Below are positions 19,130-30,952 of a stretch of 64,000 nucleotides of DNA, piece by piece (positions within the stretch are counted from its first letter, which is position 1; every line of letters starts with the position of its first letter). The stretch is from Patescibacteria group bacterium. Lineage in GTDB: Bacteria; Patescibacteriota; Patescibacteriia; XYB2-FULL-38-15. The stretch lies in NCBI GenBank assembly GCA_041737355.1, contig JBGSRW010000008.1, positions 91,700 to 155,699 on the forward strand. The letters are read 5' to 3'. A model generated the notes under the pieces. That model did no database searches. It had not been told where the DNA came from and saw nothing but the letters and a program-made list of their open reading frames with translations. A program made the position numbers and the translations under genes.

Positions 19130-19564
19130 TTACTTTACAGGGTAGAACTCCACGTTGTCGCCGCTGATTTCCGCGTAGAACATGCTGACCGTGACTCCGG
19201 GAAACCGTTCGAGCAAGACGCCGCGCGCGATTTTCAGGTCTTCGACTTGCACCGCCTTCTCTTCAGCCGGACTCTTAAAAACCGCCGATCCGCCGTAGGC
19301 TCCGCAATCACGGTGGGCGATAAGAACGAGCTCCTTGGCGTGGTGCAGGACAATTGACACCTTCTCGATAGCTCCGAGAAAAATTTCCTTAGTTGCTTCG
19401 TTGGCCAGAACTTTCGGTCCCCCCGGATGGACATACTGGTCGAATTCGTCGAAGCCGAGTTCCCGGCTGATGAATTGTTCATGCTGAGTTCGAAACCGCG
19501 GATCGAGACAGTAGATGACGGCCGCGGGAACGTGGTGAAAATTTTTGAACGGATACTGCTGCAT
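19130..19564 (-). CDS. Beta-class-like carbonic anhydrase
   Basis: CLDPRF and HRDCGAYG Zn-ligand motifs, PGG; GGAGGAGG SD; terminator at 19059-19095. Confidence 0.8.
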   Translation of the reverse strand: MQQYPFKNFHHVPAAVIYCLDPRFRTQHEQFISRELGFDEFDQYVHPGGPKVLANEATKEIFLGAIEKVSIVLHHAKELVLIAHRDCGAYGGSAVFKSPAEEKAVQVEDLKIARGVLLERFPGVTVSMFYAEISGDNVEFYPVK

Positions 19565-19666
19565 ATTTTTATCCTCCTCCTAACCCCTCCCTCGCCATTC
19601 CCTCGAAAAAATTCAAGAGAATGGATCGTGAGGCGTTGGAAGAGTCGTATTAATGTTTTTTTAATT

Positions 19667-20113
19667 TTACTCCTCAATTCTGATACTCGGCGCAGTTCTT
19701 GCCCGGCTTCGCTTCCGCGCTACCTTCAGCCTTGCCAATTCCCGCTCGAGGCCAGCCATGGCGTCGGCGTATTTTTCCGCATCGATATGTTTTTCTTCAA
19801 GAATTTTTTGGGCTCGTTCGCGGGCTTTTAAAATTTCTTCTTCAACCAATTCTTCAGCCTTTTCCGCGGTATCAGCCAAAACCAAAACTTTATCCGGGGT
19901 AATTTCGATAAATCCACCCGAGCAGGACATGGCAATTTCCTCTCCGCTTTTTTTTACCAAAAGCTCTCCCGGGCGCAAGACGGCGATCAGGGGAATATGG
20001 TTTGGTAAAACCGTAATTTCTCCTTCGGCGGTAGGAATTGTCACCTGGTCAATTTCCTCTTTTAAAACCACCCGTTCGGGAGTAATGATTTCAAATTTTA
20101 ATTTTGAAGCCAT
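19667..20113 (-). CDS. atpC: ATP synthase epsilon
   Basis: EIITPER, GEITVLPNHIP; operon position. Confidence 0.96.
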   Translation of the reverse strand: MASKLKFEIITPERVVLKEEIDQVTIPTAEGEITVLPNHIPLIAVLRPGELLVKKSGEEIAMSCSGGFIEITPDKVLVLADTAEKAEELVEEEILKARERAQKILEEKHIDAEKYADAMAGLERELARLKVARKRSRARTAPSIRIEE

Positions 20114-20133
20114 AATATGGCAAAAGCTAATTT

Positions 20134-21528
<1,395 letters not shown>

Positions 21529-21534
21529 TTAATG

Positions 21535-22443
21535 TTATTCCAAGGCTGCCTTACCGCTCACAATTTCCATTATTTCTTTTGTGATAGCAGACTGGCGAAC
21601 TTGGTTATAAGTTAAAGTTAAGTCAAAAATCATGTCTTCCGCCGAATCCGAGGCATTTTTCATCGCAACCATTCTCGCAGAGTGTTCTGACGCATTTGAT
21701 TCTAAAACTGCCTGAAAAATTTGTATTTCCGCCATTTTGGGCAACATATATTCCAAAACTTGATCGGGCGAAGGTTCAAAAATAAATTCGTGTTCCTTTT
21801 CTTCATTTTTTTCTGGTATTTTTTCTTTACTCACTTTTCCCAAATCCGGATCTCGTTCTCGGGAAAAAGGCAAAAGTTTTAAAATTCTCGGCCGCTGGGA
21901 AATAGTAGAAATAAAATCGGTGTAAGCAAGATAAACTTCGTCGTATGTTCCCGCGGAAAAATCGTCAATCACTATTTTTGCGACAGCTCTGATTTCCGCA
22001 AGCCGCGTCACACCGCTCAAATTAGTAAAATCAGCCACGAGTTTCATCTTATGGCGAGCTGCAAAATCCCTGCTCTTTTTTCCTACGGTTATAAACTCTA
22101 TTTCAATCCCCTTTTCCGTCAAACTTCTGGAAAATTCCGCGATTTTTTTTATAATTTGCGCGTTGAATCCTCCGCAAAGACCGCGATCAGAAGCGACAAG
22201 AACCACACAAACTTTTTTAACTTTATCTTTTTTAGTAAGAAAAGAATGAAGTTTGGAATCTGTTTTCCCCGCTAAATCGGAAATCAAAGACCAGGCCCGG
22301 TTGGCGTAAGCGCGTGTCGCGAGTGTCGCCTGCTGGGCTTTTCTCATTTTTGAAGCCGCCACCATTTCCATCGCCTTGGTAATTTTTTTGGTATTGGTAA
22401 TGGATTTGATGCGTCTTCTTATAATTTTTGTGGAAACGGCCAT
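21535..22443 (-). CDS. atpG: ATP synthase gamma
   Basis: KITKAMEMVAASK, SDRGLCGGFN, RQSAITKEI. Confidence 0.98.
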   Translation of the reverse strand: MAVSTKIIRRRIKSITNTKKITKAMEMVAASKMRKAQQATLATRAYANRAWSLISDLAGKTDSKLHSFLTKKDKVKKVCVVLVASDRGLCGGFNAQIIKKIAEFSRSLTEKGIEIEFITVGKKSRDFAARHKMKLVADFTNLSGVTRLAEIRAVAKIVIDDFSAGTYDEVYLAYTDFISTISQRPRILKLLPFSRERDPDLGKVSKEKIPEKNEEKEHEFIFEPSPDQVLEYMLPKMAEIQIFQAVLESNASEHSARMVAMKNASDSAEDMIFDLTLTYNQVRQSAITKEIMEIVSGKAALE

Positions 22444-22482
22444 TTATTTCTAACTAAGTTAAACGTTAAATAAATTTCAACA

Positions 22483-24000
22483 TTAAATACTGCTCTTGAA
22501 ATCCGTGATAGTTGTTTTTAATTTTTCCTCAATCTCCGGCTTTAATTCTTTTTCTTTTGCGATCGCCGCCAAAACTCCTGTCGATTCCGATTTCAAATAC
22601 GCGTGAAATTTATCTTCCCACTCTTTCAATTTTTCAACTGGCACATCATCCAGATAACCGTTGATGCCGGCGTAAAGAATTGCGACCTGATTTTCCATTG
22701 GCATCGGAACATACTGACCTTGTTTTAAAACTTCAGTTAATCTCCTGCCTCGCTCAATTTGTTTTCTTGTAGCTTCGTCGAGATCAGAGGCAAATTGGGC
22801 AAAAGCTTCGAGCTCACGGAATTGCGCCAATTCCAGACGTAAACGGCCGGCAACTTTTTTCATGGCTTTTGTCTGAGCGGCAGAACCGACACGGGAAACA
22901 GAAAGGCCGACGTTTAAGGCCGGACGAATACCTTTGTAAAATAAATCCGATTCCAAATAAATCTGGCCGTCGGTAATGGAAATGACATTTGTTGGAATGT
23001 AAGCGGAAACATCGCCGGCTTGAGTTTCAATAATAGGCAGCGCGGTCAGTGATCCGCCGCCCAAATCAGGATTCATTTTTGCGGCGCGTTCAAGCAAACG
23101 AGAATGCAGATAAAAAATGTCGCCGGGATAAGCTTCGCGTCCCGGAGGCCGGCGTAAGAGCAACGAAATTTGCCGGTATGCCACGGCGTGCTTGGAAAGA
23201 TCATCATAAATCACAAGCGCATCTTTCCCCTGATCCATAAAATATTCTCCCATGGCGCAGCCGGCATAAGGAGCTATAAAAGAAAGCGAAGCCGGGTCGG
23301 AAGCGCCAGCGGCTACGACAATTGTGTGTTCCATTGCTCCAAACTCTTCTAATTTTGCCACCATCTTTGCAATTTTTGATTCTTTCTGGCCAACTGCTAC
23401 ATAAATACAAACGCAATTTTTTCCTTTTTGATTAATAATAGTATCAATCACGAGCGCGGTTTTGCCTGTCTGGCGGTCTCCTATAATAAGCTCCCTTTGC
23501 CCGCGGCCGATTGGAATCATGGAATCAATGGCTTTGATACCAGTTTGAAGAGGGGTTGCAACTTTTTGTCTTGCAATAACGCCTGGCGCGATTTTTTCAA
23601 TTGGATAAAGTTTATTTTCTTTGATAGCGCCCTTACCATCCTTGGGCTGACCAAGGGGGTCGACGACTCTGCCGACAAGATTTTCTCCGACGGGAACGGA
23701 CAAGATCCTACCCGAGCTTTTAACGGTATCGCCCTCTTTAATATGAGTGTATTCGCCCAAAATCATAGCGCCGATAATATCCTCTTCGAGGTTCAGGGCA
23801 ACTCCAAGAACCGATTCACCATCTTTGTCTTTATTTAAAAATTCAAGCATTTCTCCAGCCATACAATCCGATAAACCCGAAACCCTCGCGATGCCGTCTC
23901 CTATTTCCGCGACCCTTCCGACTTTTTCGGTATTAGTCGCTATTTTAGCTTCGGCAATCTGTTTCTTAAGATTTTCAATAATAAAGTTTACTTCCGACAT
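22483..24000 (-). CDS. atpA: ATP synthase alpha
   Basis: [20 protein letters not shown]. Confidence 0.99.
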   Translation of the reverse strand: MSEVNFIIENLKKQIAEAKIATNTEKVGRVAEIGDGIARVSGLSDCMAGEMLEFLNKDKDGESVLGVALNLEEDIIGAMILGEYTHIKEGDTVKSSGRILSVPVGENLVGRVVDPLGQPKDGKGAIKENKLYPIEKIAPGVIARQKVATPLQTGIKAIDSMIPIGRGQRELIIGDRQTGKTALVIDTIINQKGKNCVCIYVAVGQKESKIAKMVAKLEEFGAMEHTIVVAAGASDPASLSFIAPYAGCAMGEYFMDQGKDALVIYDDLSKHAVAYRQISLLLRRPPGREAYPGDIFYLHSRLLERAAKMNPDLGGGSLTALPIIETQAGDVSAYIPTNVISITDGQIYLESDLFYKGIRPALNVGLSVSRVGSAAQTKAMKKVAGRLRLELAQFRELEAFAQFASDLDEATRKQIERGRRLTEVLKQGQYVPMPMENQVAILYAGINGYLDDVPVEKLKEWEDKFHAYLKSESTGVLAAIAKEKELKPEIEEKLKTTITDFKSSI

Positions 24001-24004
24001 AAAA

Positions 24005-24421
24005 TTAAAACTGTTTAGTAAGTAAATTATTTTTCAAAATTTTAAATTTATTTTTTAAACTTGCATCAAAAACCGTGTCTTCGCATTCAAGAATAAAGCC
24101 GCCTATCAAATCCGATTCTGTTTTTTTCTCAACGCTTGCCGTCTTGAACTTTTTCCTTAAAAGATCAGGCGCTTCTTTTTTTAACACTTCTATCAAATCT
24201 TCTTTCATCGGCTGAGCCGACCTTATTGTCAAATTAGCGATCCCCTCTTTTTGATTGGCATATTTAATAAAATTTTCTATAATTTGGGGAGCGAATCTTA
24301 GTGCATTATTTCTCGACAGAAGACTCACAAAATTACGCAAAACAGCCTTGGCTTTTTCGCCGGAAAGATCTTTGGTCGCCTCATACAACGATATTGCGTA
24401 CTGTTTTGGTTTTATCTTCAT
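24005..24421 (-). CDS. atpH: ATP synthase delta (short)
   Basis: [19 protein letters not shown]; between atpF and atpA. Confidence 0.85.
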   Translation of the reverse strand: MKIKPKQYAISLYEATKDLSGEKAKAVLRNFVSLLSRNNALRFAPQIIENFIKYANQKEGIANLTIRSAQPMKEDLIEVLKKEAPDLLRKKFKTASVEKKTESDLIGGFILECEDTVFDASLKNKFKILKNNLLTKQF

Positions 24422-24425
24422 AAAA

Positions 24426-24926
24426 CTATTTTTTATCCGCCTCTCTGAGGCTTTCCTCTATTAATTTTTGCTGCATTTTCCCGTCAAAAGATTTCCCTAC
24501 GACTTTTTCGGCTACCGCTAAAACCAAAATTGCTGCCTCCTTTTTAACTTCAACCATCATCTTGTCCTTCTCTTGGATTATTTGGTTTTTTGCGGCGGTA
24601 ATCAGTTTTTCAACCTCGGCTTTCGTTTTAGTTTTTATTTCCTGTCCCGAAGCCTCGGCTACTCTTTGCGCTTCCTCAACTATAGCCATCGCTTCTTGTT
24701 TTGCTTTTTTTATTTCCCTATCGTGCAATTCCTTAGTTTTTTCCAATTCTTCACCTATTTTTTCCGCGTCGCGAAGACCTTTCTCTATTTTTTCCCTGCG
24801 ATTTTCAAGAAAATTTATAACTGGTTTGTATAGAAATTTGTATAAAACAAAAAATAAAATAAGAAAATTTATAAGTTGGGCGACGAGTAAACGCCAGTCA
24901 ATACCTAGTTTTTGTAATAATTCCAT
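24426..24926 (-). CDS. atpF: ATP synthase subunit b
   Basis: QLINFLIL TM segment plus coiled coil. Confidence 0.96.
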   Translation of the reverse strand: MELLQKLGIDWRLLVAQLINFLILFFVLYKFLYKPVINFLENRREKIEKGLRDAEKIGEELEKTKELHDREIKKAKQEAMAIVEEAQRVAEASGQEIKTKTKAEVEKLITAAKNQIIQEKDKMMVEVKKEAAILVLAVAEKVVGKSFDGKMQQKLIEESLREADKK

Positions 24927-24994
24927 AATTTTTTTATTAGTTCAAAGTTTTCAACCCACGACATTTATTAGGGCCGCGGGCTGTGAACCGTAAA

Positions 24995-25273
<279 letters not shown>

Positions 25274-25344
25274 CTATCCGCTTTCGACGGAAATATTTTA
25301 TTTAACGTCGGCGATTGACTGTCGTTATTTTAATTTTTTATAAT

Positions 25345-26136
25345 TTAATGCGCTTCGTGCTCGGTAACCGCCATTTTCAAAAATACCAAAGTCAGCATCG
25401 AAAAAACCAGAGCCTGCACAAATCCGACAAAAATTTCCAGAAATAAGAAAGGCAGCGGGACTACATACGGGATCAGGAAACTCACTACCGCCAAAAGAAC
25501 TTCTCCGGCGAAAATATTTCCAAAAAGACGGAAAGAGAAGGATATGAATTTTGCCAGTTCGGCCACAAGTTCTAAAACTCCGGCGAAAAAATAAATAAAA
25601 CCATAGAAGGAGGGCACAGGCAAAAAACCGTACTCTATCCTGAACAATCCTCCGAAAGGTAAAAATTTCTTCCAATATTTAAAAAAACCTATTGTTGCTA
25701 TACCGAAAATCTGGACGGAAAAAACTGAAAATATTGCAATAGCCAGCGTAACATTCAGATCGGCCGACGCCGAACGAATAAAAGGAACTAAAACTTTTTC
25801 GCCATGCAGCTCCTCCCAAATTCCAATTGTTCCGAGGCCGGGCACAATCTCCACCCAGTTGGAGAGAATAACGAAAATAAAAATAGTAAAGACGACCGGA
25901 AAAAATCTTTTTGCTTGTTTACGGTCATGGGTAATGGTTTCTATGAAACCGAGAGCGCCTTCTATGACCGTTTCGGCTACGTTCTGAAGACCTCGAGGTA
26001 TTTCCTTCAAGTTTCTTCTGACCAAAAAAGCAACAACGACCAATAAAAAGACAATAATCCAAGCAACAAGCAGTGTGTTTGTTATAGGAAAAGTCCCGAT
26101 ATGGAAAATTGGCTCTGCAGCCAAGGAAATGTTCAT
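25345..26136 (-). CDS. atpB: ATP synthase subunit a
   Basis: SFRLFGNIFAGE, FVGFVQALVF. Confidence 0.97.
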   Translation of the reverse strand: MNISLAAEPIFHIGTFPITNTLLVAWIIVFLLVVVAFLVRRNLKEIPRGLQNVAETVIEGALGFIETITHDRKQAKRFFPVVFTIFIFVILSNWVEIVPGLGTIGIWEELHGEKVLVPFIRSASADLNVTLAIAIFSVFSVQIFGIATIGFFKYWKKFLPFGGLFRIEYGFLPVPSFYGFIYFFAGVLELVAELAKFISFSFRLFGNIFAGEVLLAVVSFLIPYVVPLPFLFLEIFVGFVQALVFSMLTLVFLKMAVTEHEAH

Positions 26137-26139
26137 ATA

Positions 26140-26406
26140 TTAATCCTGTTTTTCTTTATTCTCCGAATCATCCATAATCGTTATAGTTTTTTTGTATACT
26201 AAAATGGTGGAAACAACCAGAGACAGAATGACGCCAGTTAAAAGAAACCATGGCGAAGTCCCAATTTTTTTATCAATTAATCTGCCCAGAAGCGCCAGGA
26301 GAACCAATGGTATAGCTATGGAATATCCGAGCTGCCAAGCCAGCGAAAGGGCGGACCAAGTTCCCTCTTTCTTAGGTGTAATTTTTTGAGCGTCATTTTT
26401 ATCCAT
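26140..26406 (-). CDS. AtpZ/AtpI family protein
   Basis: Two TM segments, LGRLIDKKIGTSPWF; first gene of the atp operon. Confidence 0.85.
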   Translation of the reverse strand: MDKNDAQKITPKKEGTWSALSLAWQLGYSIAIPLVLLALLGRLIDKKIGTSPWFLLTGVILSLVVSTILVYKKTITIMDDSENKEKQD

Positions 26407-26579
26407 AAACCGCCAAAAGAACCTTGAACCGCGTCACCAATAAGGGCGGCTGAAGGTTTTATCCACATACTTAATTAATTAAGATATTTTAGATGATTTT
26501 CTAAAAACAGTCAACCCTGCCAAATTTTCTATAAAAAAGGCCTACCTTTCCCTCTTAGGTAAGCCGACTATTTTTGATC

Positions 26580-27869
26580 TTAAACCGTATCTCCAATCAT
26601 CTGGCCGCAGCCGCTTCCGATCGGGGTTCCCTTGGAGAGGAAATACTTCACGGCGTAGCCCCGCCCCTCGAGTACCTTGCGGAATCTGCTCCGCGCTTTC
26701 CTCGAAGACGGTTTCATGTCCGATCCCTTAAGCGGGTTGAGCTGCGAAAGCTTGACATAGAAGTGCTTCGGGTCAAGCAGCGCCGCTAGTTCTTCGGCCT
26801 GCTTGCGGGCGTCGTTTTTGCCCTGGACCAAGACGTAATTCACGCATACTTTGTTTGGTGTTGACTGATCACGTCCGGTCACCTCCGCATATTTCCGAGC
26901 CAGCTCAATCGTCTCTTTGAGCGGTCCGCGAACCGGAACGAACCGCGAGCGTAGCTCGTCCGTCGGAGCATGCAGTGAAAGTTGGAGAGTAGCCCACGGT
27001 CCGAAACCCTCCTCCGCCAACTTCCTAAGGCCGGGAAGAAGCCCGACAGTGGAAATGGTAAAGGAAATCCTCTCCTTGAAAGTTTCGCGGAGAGTTTTCG
27101 TGGCTTTCACCACGGCGCCGTAGTTAGACATCGTCTCGCCTTCTCCCATATATGTGATATGGAAAGGCTTCCGGTCATTCAGAACTTCCTGGCCGAAAGG
27201 GCTCCGTCCAAGAGTCTTCCTGACCTGTCCGACGATTTCTTCGGCCGTGAGATTGCGGCCGAATTTCACGCGGCCGGTCGCGCAGAAACGGCAGCCGATA
27301 GTGCAGCCTACCTGCACGGAAACGCAGATAACGTGCTGCACATCACGATAGGTCAGTTTCAACGCGACAGTTTCGATCAGCTGATTGTCCTGAAGAGCGA
27401 AAACGAATTTTTCCGCTCCCAAGCTGACAGCCCTTGCCACGAGTCGGAGCGAATCGTGAGGCAGTCTGCGGAAAGCGCGATCGATCCCTAGCCTTTCCTT
27501 CCTCTGGATGATTGTCCAAAAGTAGCTGAAAGGAGGAAAGGGGCCCGTGATGAATTCAATCATTCCGCCCATGGCCGCTTCGCGGAGCCAAGGAATTTTT
27601 CCGTCCTCTGCGAGGACGAAAATGTCGGCTCGCCGATTTTTTTCCCGCAATTCCCCGATGATGGCCATACTTTCGGGAGAGAGTGAATCTTTATCAGCGA
27701 GAATCACGTTTGCGTCAAGCTTGCCGCCTTCAGCGATTCTCCGAAGCTCCTCTTCGTTCCCGATCGTCTGTACTTCATAGCCCTTGCGCTCAAACAATCC
27801 GACGAGACCGGTCGCGCGCCGGCTATGTGTGATGATTACGCATTTCTGCGTAGTCCTAGCCCTACTCAT
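26580..27869 (-). CDS. RlmN/Cfr-family radical SAM methyltransferase with an N-terminal receiver-like domain
   Basis: IETV, CVSVQVGCTIGCRFCATG, RNLTAEEI, YMGEGE, SLHA, GCGQ; N-terminal ~110 aa follow the CheY-fold pattern; start moved to ATG 27869 after GGAGAG. Confidence 0.85.
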   Translation of the reverse strand: MSRARTTQKCVIITHSRRATGLVGLFERKGYEVQTIGNEEELRRIAEGGKLDANVILADKDSLSPESMAIIGELREKNRRADIFVLAEDGKIPWLREAAMGGMIEFITGPFPPFSYFWTIIQRKERLGIDRAFRRLPHDSLRLVARAVSLGAEKFVFALQDNQLIETVALKLTYRDVQHVICVSVQVGCTIGCRFCATGRVKFGRNLTAEEIVGQVRKTLGRSPFGQEVLNDRKPFHITYMGEGETMSNYGAVVKATKTLRETFKERISFTISTVGLLPGLRKLAEEGFGPWATLQLSLHAPTDELRSRFVPVRGPLKETIELARKYAEVTGRDQSTPNKVCVNYVLVQGKNDARKQAEELAALLDPKHFYVKLSQLNPLKGSDMKPSSRKARSRFRKVLEGRGYAVKYFLSKGTPIGSGCGQMIGDTV

Positions 27870-28034
27870 GATTGCTCTCCGACTGAGAAACATGGGGTCA
27901 GGACAACCCACAACCGACCCCCACCTAAGTAGCCTGTCTCGCGACCCGTCAAAGGTGGCGGGACAGACTACTTAGCTTCCGTTTAATTTTATAAAGAACT
28001 TGACCTTTTATCTTGATACTTAAAATCTTAACTG

Positions 28035-30050
28035 TCAACCTTCAACAAAATCAACCTTGTTATCCGGCAGATGAACCGTGAATTGGCTTCCAACATTCAA
28101 TTTACTCCGCACATCGATATACCCGCCGTGAGCCTCGGCGATTGATTTACAAATAGCAAGCCCCAAACCGCTGCCGCCAATAGATTCCCTGGTGCGAACC
28201 TTGTCAACGCGATAAAATCTCTCGAAAACGAAAGGAGCTTCCTCTTCGGGAATTCCTATCCCGTTATCTTCCACTGTAACCCTAGTTTCTCGGGCGTCTG
28301 TCTCCGCCTTAATCTTTACCCACCCGTTTTCCTTGCCGTATTTTATGGCATTAGAAACGAGGTTTAGGAGCATCTTTAAAAATTTATTTTCATCAATCAA
28401 AACATTTATCCTGTCTCCGGCCGCGGCCGATTCTATTTTTATATTTTTTTCTTTAGCTAGAATTTCCATTGACTGAACCGCGGTCTTGATCAAATTTTCC
28501 AAATTAACGGTTGTTTTTTTTAAATTAAGCTTTCCCGCTCCCGCGTGAGTAAGAATCATCAAGTCGGCTAAAATTCCCGACATATGCCCGACCTCTTCAT
28601 CGATTACTTTCAGTGTTTCTCTCAATTCCTTCCCTGTTGCCTTTTCGTCCCATAAAGCTATATCCAGATTACCCTTGATTATTGTGAGAGGAGTCCGAAG
28701 CTCGTGCGAAGCATCGGCTATAAACTGGGATTTCAACTCAACGGCCTTCGCTAATTTATGATTGGCTACCTCCAATTCCCCGGTTCTTAAACGGACTTTT
28801 TCTTCCAGGGTTTTATTCAGATCCTTGACTTCTTCGTAAAGTTGGCTGTTTACGATGGCGATAGCTGCGTTGTTAGCCAGGGTAGTCATCAATTCCATAT
28901 CCGTATCCTTGAATCTTTCAACTTCGTCGCTGTCTATTTTTATTACCCCTATAACTTTTTTATCTAATAAAATCGGCACGGCTAATTCCGATCTCACGCT
29001 CTCCATTTCCGGCTGACCTATGTAATATGGATCGTTTTTTACGTCGTTGCTGCAATACGGCTGCTTGATAAACGCGGCATGCCCCGAAAGACCCTGCCCT
29101 ATTTTTATTTTTATTTTTTGCCAGCCGGGCGGCATATTGTACGCTTCCTTGAGGGTAAGCTCGTTTTCATTTTCAAGCAGCAAAATCGCACCACTGACAG
29201 CGTTGGTCAGTTTTACGGCATTTCTTAAAATCAGCCAGAGAACTTCTCCGAGATTCAAGACGGAGTTGATCGCTCTCGAAACCTGATTAATCAGATAAAG
29301 TTGCCTCGCTTGATTCTTGACTGCCTCCATGGCGTAAAACGCCTCGGTATTGTCCTGAGCGATTGAAATTGCACCCTCAATATTTCCATTTTTATCTTTA
29401 AGGGGAACTGCGTAGATATCTATATATTTAGCCAGCTTATCGGAAGAAGCCTGATAATGACAATTATAATGCCTGAAGGCGATGCCATGCTCCAGGAGAT
29501 TTTTGTATTTTTCGTGCAGTTCGTTTGATTTTTTGACAAAAGAAAAATCAAAAATTTTTTTGCCGGTTCTTCCGGTCGGAGGTTTCTCGGCCAGAATATA
29601 AAAATACGGATTTACCGAAACGACTCCCCCGCCTTTGTCGAGGGTAACAATACTTACCGGAACATTTTCTATTATTTTTTCGTAAAATTCACTTATTCTG
29701 TCCCCCTCTTCTTTTATTTTTTGCAATTCTTTTTCCGTTTGCAGCCGCCTCCTCATAGCTAGTCTTCCCTTGCAATAAAGAAGCGAACTCAGGATGAGCG
29801 TCAAGACAGACAAGCCAACCCAGAAATGATTGATGAAAGTTAGAAAAGGAACCTGCCGGCCAAAAACTTCCAAATTCTCCCAGGCGATAAATTCATTTTC
29901 CGCATAAAGTTCCAGAAAATAAAATATTCCCAAAACCCAGCCAACGCTGCTTAAAAGATAAAAGAGCCAGTAGTCGCTAAAATGCGTCCTGGTTCTATCA
30001 AAAATATTCTTGCAGGAATTCTGCAAATCAATTTTAGGCCAAGGTTTCAT
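28035..30050 (-). CDS. Sensor histidine kinase (TM-PAS-GAF-HisKA-HATPase)
   Basis: ASHELRTPL, NLVSNAIKY, DNGIG, FERFYR, GSGLGL; PAS and GAF segments. Confidence 0.95.
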   Translation of the reverse strand: MKPWPKIDLQNSCKNIFDRTRTHFSDYWLFYLLSSVGWVLGIFYFLELYAENEFIAWENLEVFGRQVPFLTFINHFWVGLSVLTLILSSLLYCKGRLAMRRRLQTEKELQKIKEEGDRISEFYEKIIENVPVSIVTLDKGGGVVSVNPYFYILAEKPPTGRTGKKIFDFSFVKKSNELHEKYKNLLEHGIAFRHYNCHYQASSDKLAKYIDIYAVPLKDKNGNIEGAISIAQDNTEAFYAMEAVKNQARQLYLINQVSRAINSVLNLGEVLWLILRNAVKLTNAVSGAILLLENENELTLKEAYNMPPGWQKIKIKIGQGLSGHAAFIKQPYCSNDVKNDPYYIGQPEMESVRSELAVPILLDKKVIGVIKIDSDEVERFKDTDMELMTTLANNAAIAIVNSQLYEEVKDLNKTLEEKVRLRTGELEVANHKLAKAVELKSQFIADASHELRTPLTIIKGNLDIALWDEKATGKELRETLKVIDEEVGHMSGILADLMILTHAGAGKLNLKKTTVNLENLIKTAVQSMEILAKEKNIKIESAAAGDRINVLIDENKFLKMLLNLVSNAIKYGKENGWVKIKAETDARETRVTVEDNGIGIPEEEAPFVFERFYRVDKVRTRESIGGSGLGLAICKSIAEAHGGYIDVRSKLNVGSQFTVHLPDNKVDFVEG

Positions 30051-30083
30051 CTGACCTTGTCGTTATCTTCGGATGCCAAAACA

Positions 30084-30761
30084 TTATTTAACATCCTGAA
30101 TTATTTTATAGCCTACGTTTCTGACCGTTTTGAGCAATTGGAGGGAGCGACCGCCATCGACTTTTTTGCGAAGGTTGCTCACCGATACGTCAATAACATT
30201 GCTGCTATCAACAAAATTATATCCCCAGATGTGTTCGCCGATCATTGTTCTTGTACAAACCTGCCCCGGACGACGCATAAAGTAATCAAGCAAACGATAT
30301 TCTTTACTCGTTAAGGGCACAGCTTCGCCGGCCCTTGTCACTTCGTGAGTAGCCGGATCCAAAATCAAATCTGAAATTTGTAAAACCGATCTTTTGACGG
30401 TTTTTTCCCGACGCAGAAGAGCCCTGATTCTGGCCAGAAGTTCTCCAAAAGCGAACGGTTTAACAACATAATCATCAGCGCCTTGGTCAAGCCCGCGGAT
30501 ACGATCTTCAATCGTGTCTCTGGCAGTAAGCATTATGATGGGTGCGTCTATTTTTCTTTCTCTAATCTCTTTGCAGACTTCAATCCCGTCTTTTTTTGGT
30601 AACATCAGATCCAAAATAATCAGGTCGTAATCATTAACCCCGACTTTTTTCAAGGCTTCTTCTCCGTCATAAGCCACGTCAACGGTATAATGCTCCATCT
30701 CAAGGCCCCTTTGAATGAAGCGGGTGATTTTGTATTCGTCTTCGACTACTAGGATGGTCAT
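30084..30761 (-). CDS. OmpR/PhoB family response regulator
   Basis: ILVVEDE, LDLMLP, GADDYVVKPF, winged helix TVRNVGY. Confidence 0.96.
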   Translation of the reverse strand: MTILVVEDEYKITRFIQRGLEMEHYTVDVAYDGEEALKKVGVNDYDLIILDLMLPKKDGIEVCKEIRERKIDAPIIMLTARDTIEDRIRGLDQGADDYVVKPFAFGELLARIRALLRREKTVKRSVLQISDLILDPATHEVTRAGEAVPLTSKEYRLLDYFMRRPGQVCTRTMIGEHIWGYNFVDSSNVIDVSVSNLRKKVDGGRSLQLLKTVRNVGYKIIQDVK

Positions 30762-30952
30762 ATTTTTCTCCTTTTTGTGAATTTTTGCTTCACAATAGTT
30801 TTTTAAAATTTATTTAATTCAAGAGGAAAAACCTATCTTCTATTAATATTATATTATGAAAAGATTACGATAAAATTAAGTTATAACTTTCCTCTTATCT
30901 TAAGCCCGCCTAATGAATAAGTCAATCCCCTCCCTAATTTAAAACCCCGGCT

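Noticed and set aside
26459-26467. DnaA box TTATCCACA (also at 54451-54459)
   Set aside because: Isolated single boxes with no cluster or dnaA/dnaN nearby; not an origin and regulatory meaning is unsupported
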